This document shows, in pieces, positions 62,301 to 64,000 of a stretch of 64,000 bases of DNA. How positions within the stretch are numbered: the stretch's first letter is position 1; each line of letters opens with the position of its first letter. Under the pieces are notes generated by a model. The model had not been told where the DNA came from. It saw only the letters and a list, made by a program, of their open reading frames with translations, and made no database searches. This DNA comes from Okamejei kenojei. Lineage: Eukaryota. The stretch covers positions 6,386,001 to 6,450,000 of the forward strand of contig CM069168.1 of assembly GCA_035221665.1 (NCBI GenBank), in the 5' to 3' direction. The translations under genes were made by a program, and so were the position numbers.

Positions 62301-62978
62301 AATATGGAACAATCTTACTTGGATGACCTAAATTTAAAGCATATAATTAGTTAGTTACCTAATTGTAGCTGATTACAAAATTCAAATACTAGATCTAAAC
62401 ATCTATCCATTTCTTAAGAAAAGATTAGCCATTTTAAATAGCTTAAGTGTCCAAATAACATTCACACAAGAATTCACAATATAACATGATTTTTAAATCT
62501 CATTGTCATGAATTTATAGGCCAAATGGAAAGAATGTTTAATTCCCGTAATTTAATGGCCATTTAAATCATCTTGCGAGTGGGTTTTTTGTGGAACGCGA
62601 TCGATTGGAACGTTGCGGTTGCAGTGAATTTGAACCCCATATCGGCAGGAAAAACACTGCTGGTTCATATGGGGCCAAAATCACATTTTTGCCAATGAAA
62701 TTTGGATTAAAGTCATCCTAAGAAGCAAGTTTATATGTAAAATAAGCGACTTGCCTTATGTTTTGTCCCCTACGTGAGATCCGTCCCGTTGACGACGTTA
62801 GAAATCTCTTTTTATTTTACTCCAACGATTAAATTGTCCCGCGATTTAAAAAAAACTTCCGAGAAAGCAAGTCGGAACGATTTTTCAGCATCAGCTGGCA
62901 GCCCGAGTTACTCCAGCTTTTTGGGTCCATCTTGTGCTTGTGTAACGTCACTTACCGTGCTGTATCTCACTGTTTCAG

Positions 62979-63038
62979 ACTCCCATGAAAAAGACTCGAG
63001 GCTTAATCGGAGATGCAGGCGTGGTGTTCGCCAACTCG
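62979..63038 (+). CDS. GNS: GNS-like coding exon 2
   Basis: TTTCAG acceptor and GTAAGT donor, 60 nt in phase 0; TPMKKTRGLIGDAGVVFANS aligns with GNS [20 protein letters not shown]. Confidence 0.85.
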
Positions 63039-64000
63039 GTAAGTATAACTCGTTTGTGACCGTACAACTCATGACTTGGTCCAGACCTTGCAGTGGCTTG
63101 TCGGGACTACCTCTTTATTAGAGATCACCTGCTCTGATCTAGATTGGTACTGAATGGTTGCATGCTGCATTCTGTCACCTGGACCAGCCGAGTGCTGCAA
63201 GCCAGAGTCAACATTGATAGAGAGGGGGTAATCAGTAGTGCAAATCGCGCTCCTCTCCATTTCATGATTGAATTTCAGTGTAGTTTAGAGATACAGCGCC
63301 AAAACAGGCCCACCATGTCCGCACCCACCAGCGATCCCCGCACTCTTACACTATCTAGCGACAATTTTACATTTATACCAATCCAATTCACCTACAAACC
63401 TGTGCGTCTTTGGAGTGTGGGAGGAAACCGGAGATCTCGGAATAAATCCATGCAAGTCGCGGAGGAGAACGTGCAAACTCCGTGTAGCCAGCACCCGTAG
63501 TCAGGATCGAACCCGGGTCTCTGGTGCTGTGAGGTGGCAACTCTACCGCTGCGCCATTGTGCTGTCAGTGAGGAGTTTTTGGTGCAAAGGTGCTGGATGT
63601 TCCTATCCACAACGATGGATTAGTTTGGTGTATTTTGGTGCTATTCAGTTATTGCTTTTGCGGCTTCCAGAGGAACCATTCCATGGAAGAGGGAGGGGAA
63701 GAGAAAATACCAGTCACTGCCATACTGGGGAGGCCTCTGTAGGGGTGAAGTTGGACCATAGACCTTTGGCTTTGAGCATTTCTCCACATGTCCAAATAAA
63801 TTATTCTTTACATTCTGTATGGGAAGTGGAACAGGAACTGGCCCTTTAACTCGCACTGCCGAACATAATGTTGAAATATCTGAGGAAGAGTCTTGCCCCA
63901 AAATGTCACCTATTCCTACTCTCCGGAGGTGCTGTCTGTCCCTCTGAGTTACTTCAGCTTTTTGTCTATTCATCACCTTAGAAACAGGTCCTTCTGCCCA

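Overview
Repeat-dense vertebrate genomic DNA, most likely a cartilaginous fish (inferred from HE1-type V-SINEs, HER1/CR1 LINEs and Deu-SINE remnants; skate/ray is a guess). Two host genes face away from each other. DNA polymerase mu (POLM) is on the minus strand, with coding exons 1-7 at 25612 down to 3157 and the 3' end outside the window. A GNS-like N-acetylglucosamine-6-sulfatase is on the plus strand (exon 1 46668-46796, exon 2 62979-63038). Between them lie a 6.25-kb two-LTR endogenous retrovirus (27021-33273; 4-bp TSD, decayed fish-type gag-pol, frameshifted ERV3/HERV-I-type env) and a near-intact Passport-family Tc1 transposon (35397-36997) nested in a hAT MITE. The most notable signal is catalytic RNA carried by tiny retroelements. 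A 139-bp TSD-flanked SINE has a 5' end that folds into a 54-nt minimal (P4-less) HDV/CPEB3-like ribozyme, and it sits in sense orientation in a short POLM intron (12043-12181). Many Penelope-derived fold-back repeats carry minimal hammerhead cores, including an 88-bp TSD-flanked unit. All calls come from reading the sequence by eye and recalling family consensus motifs; no searches were run and repeat boundaries are approximate.
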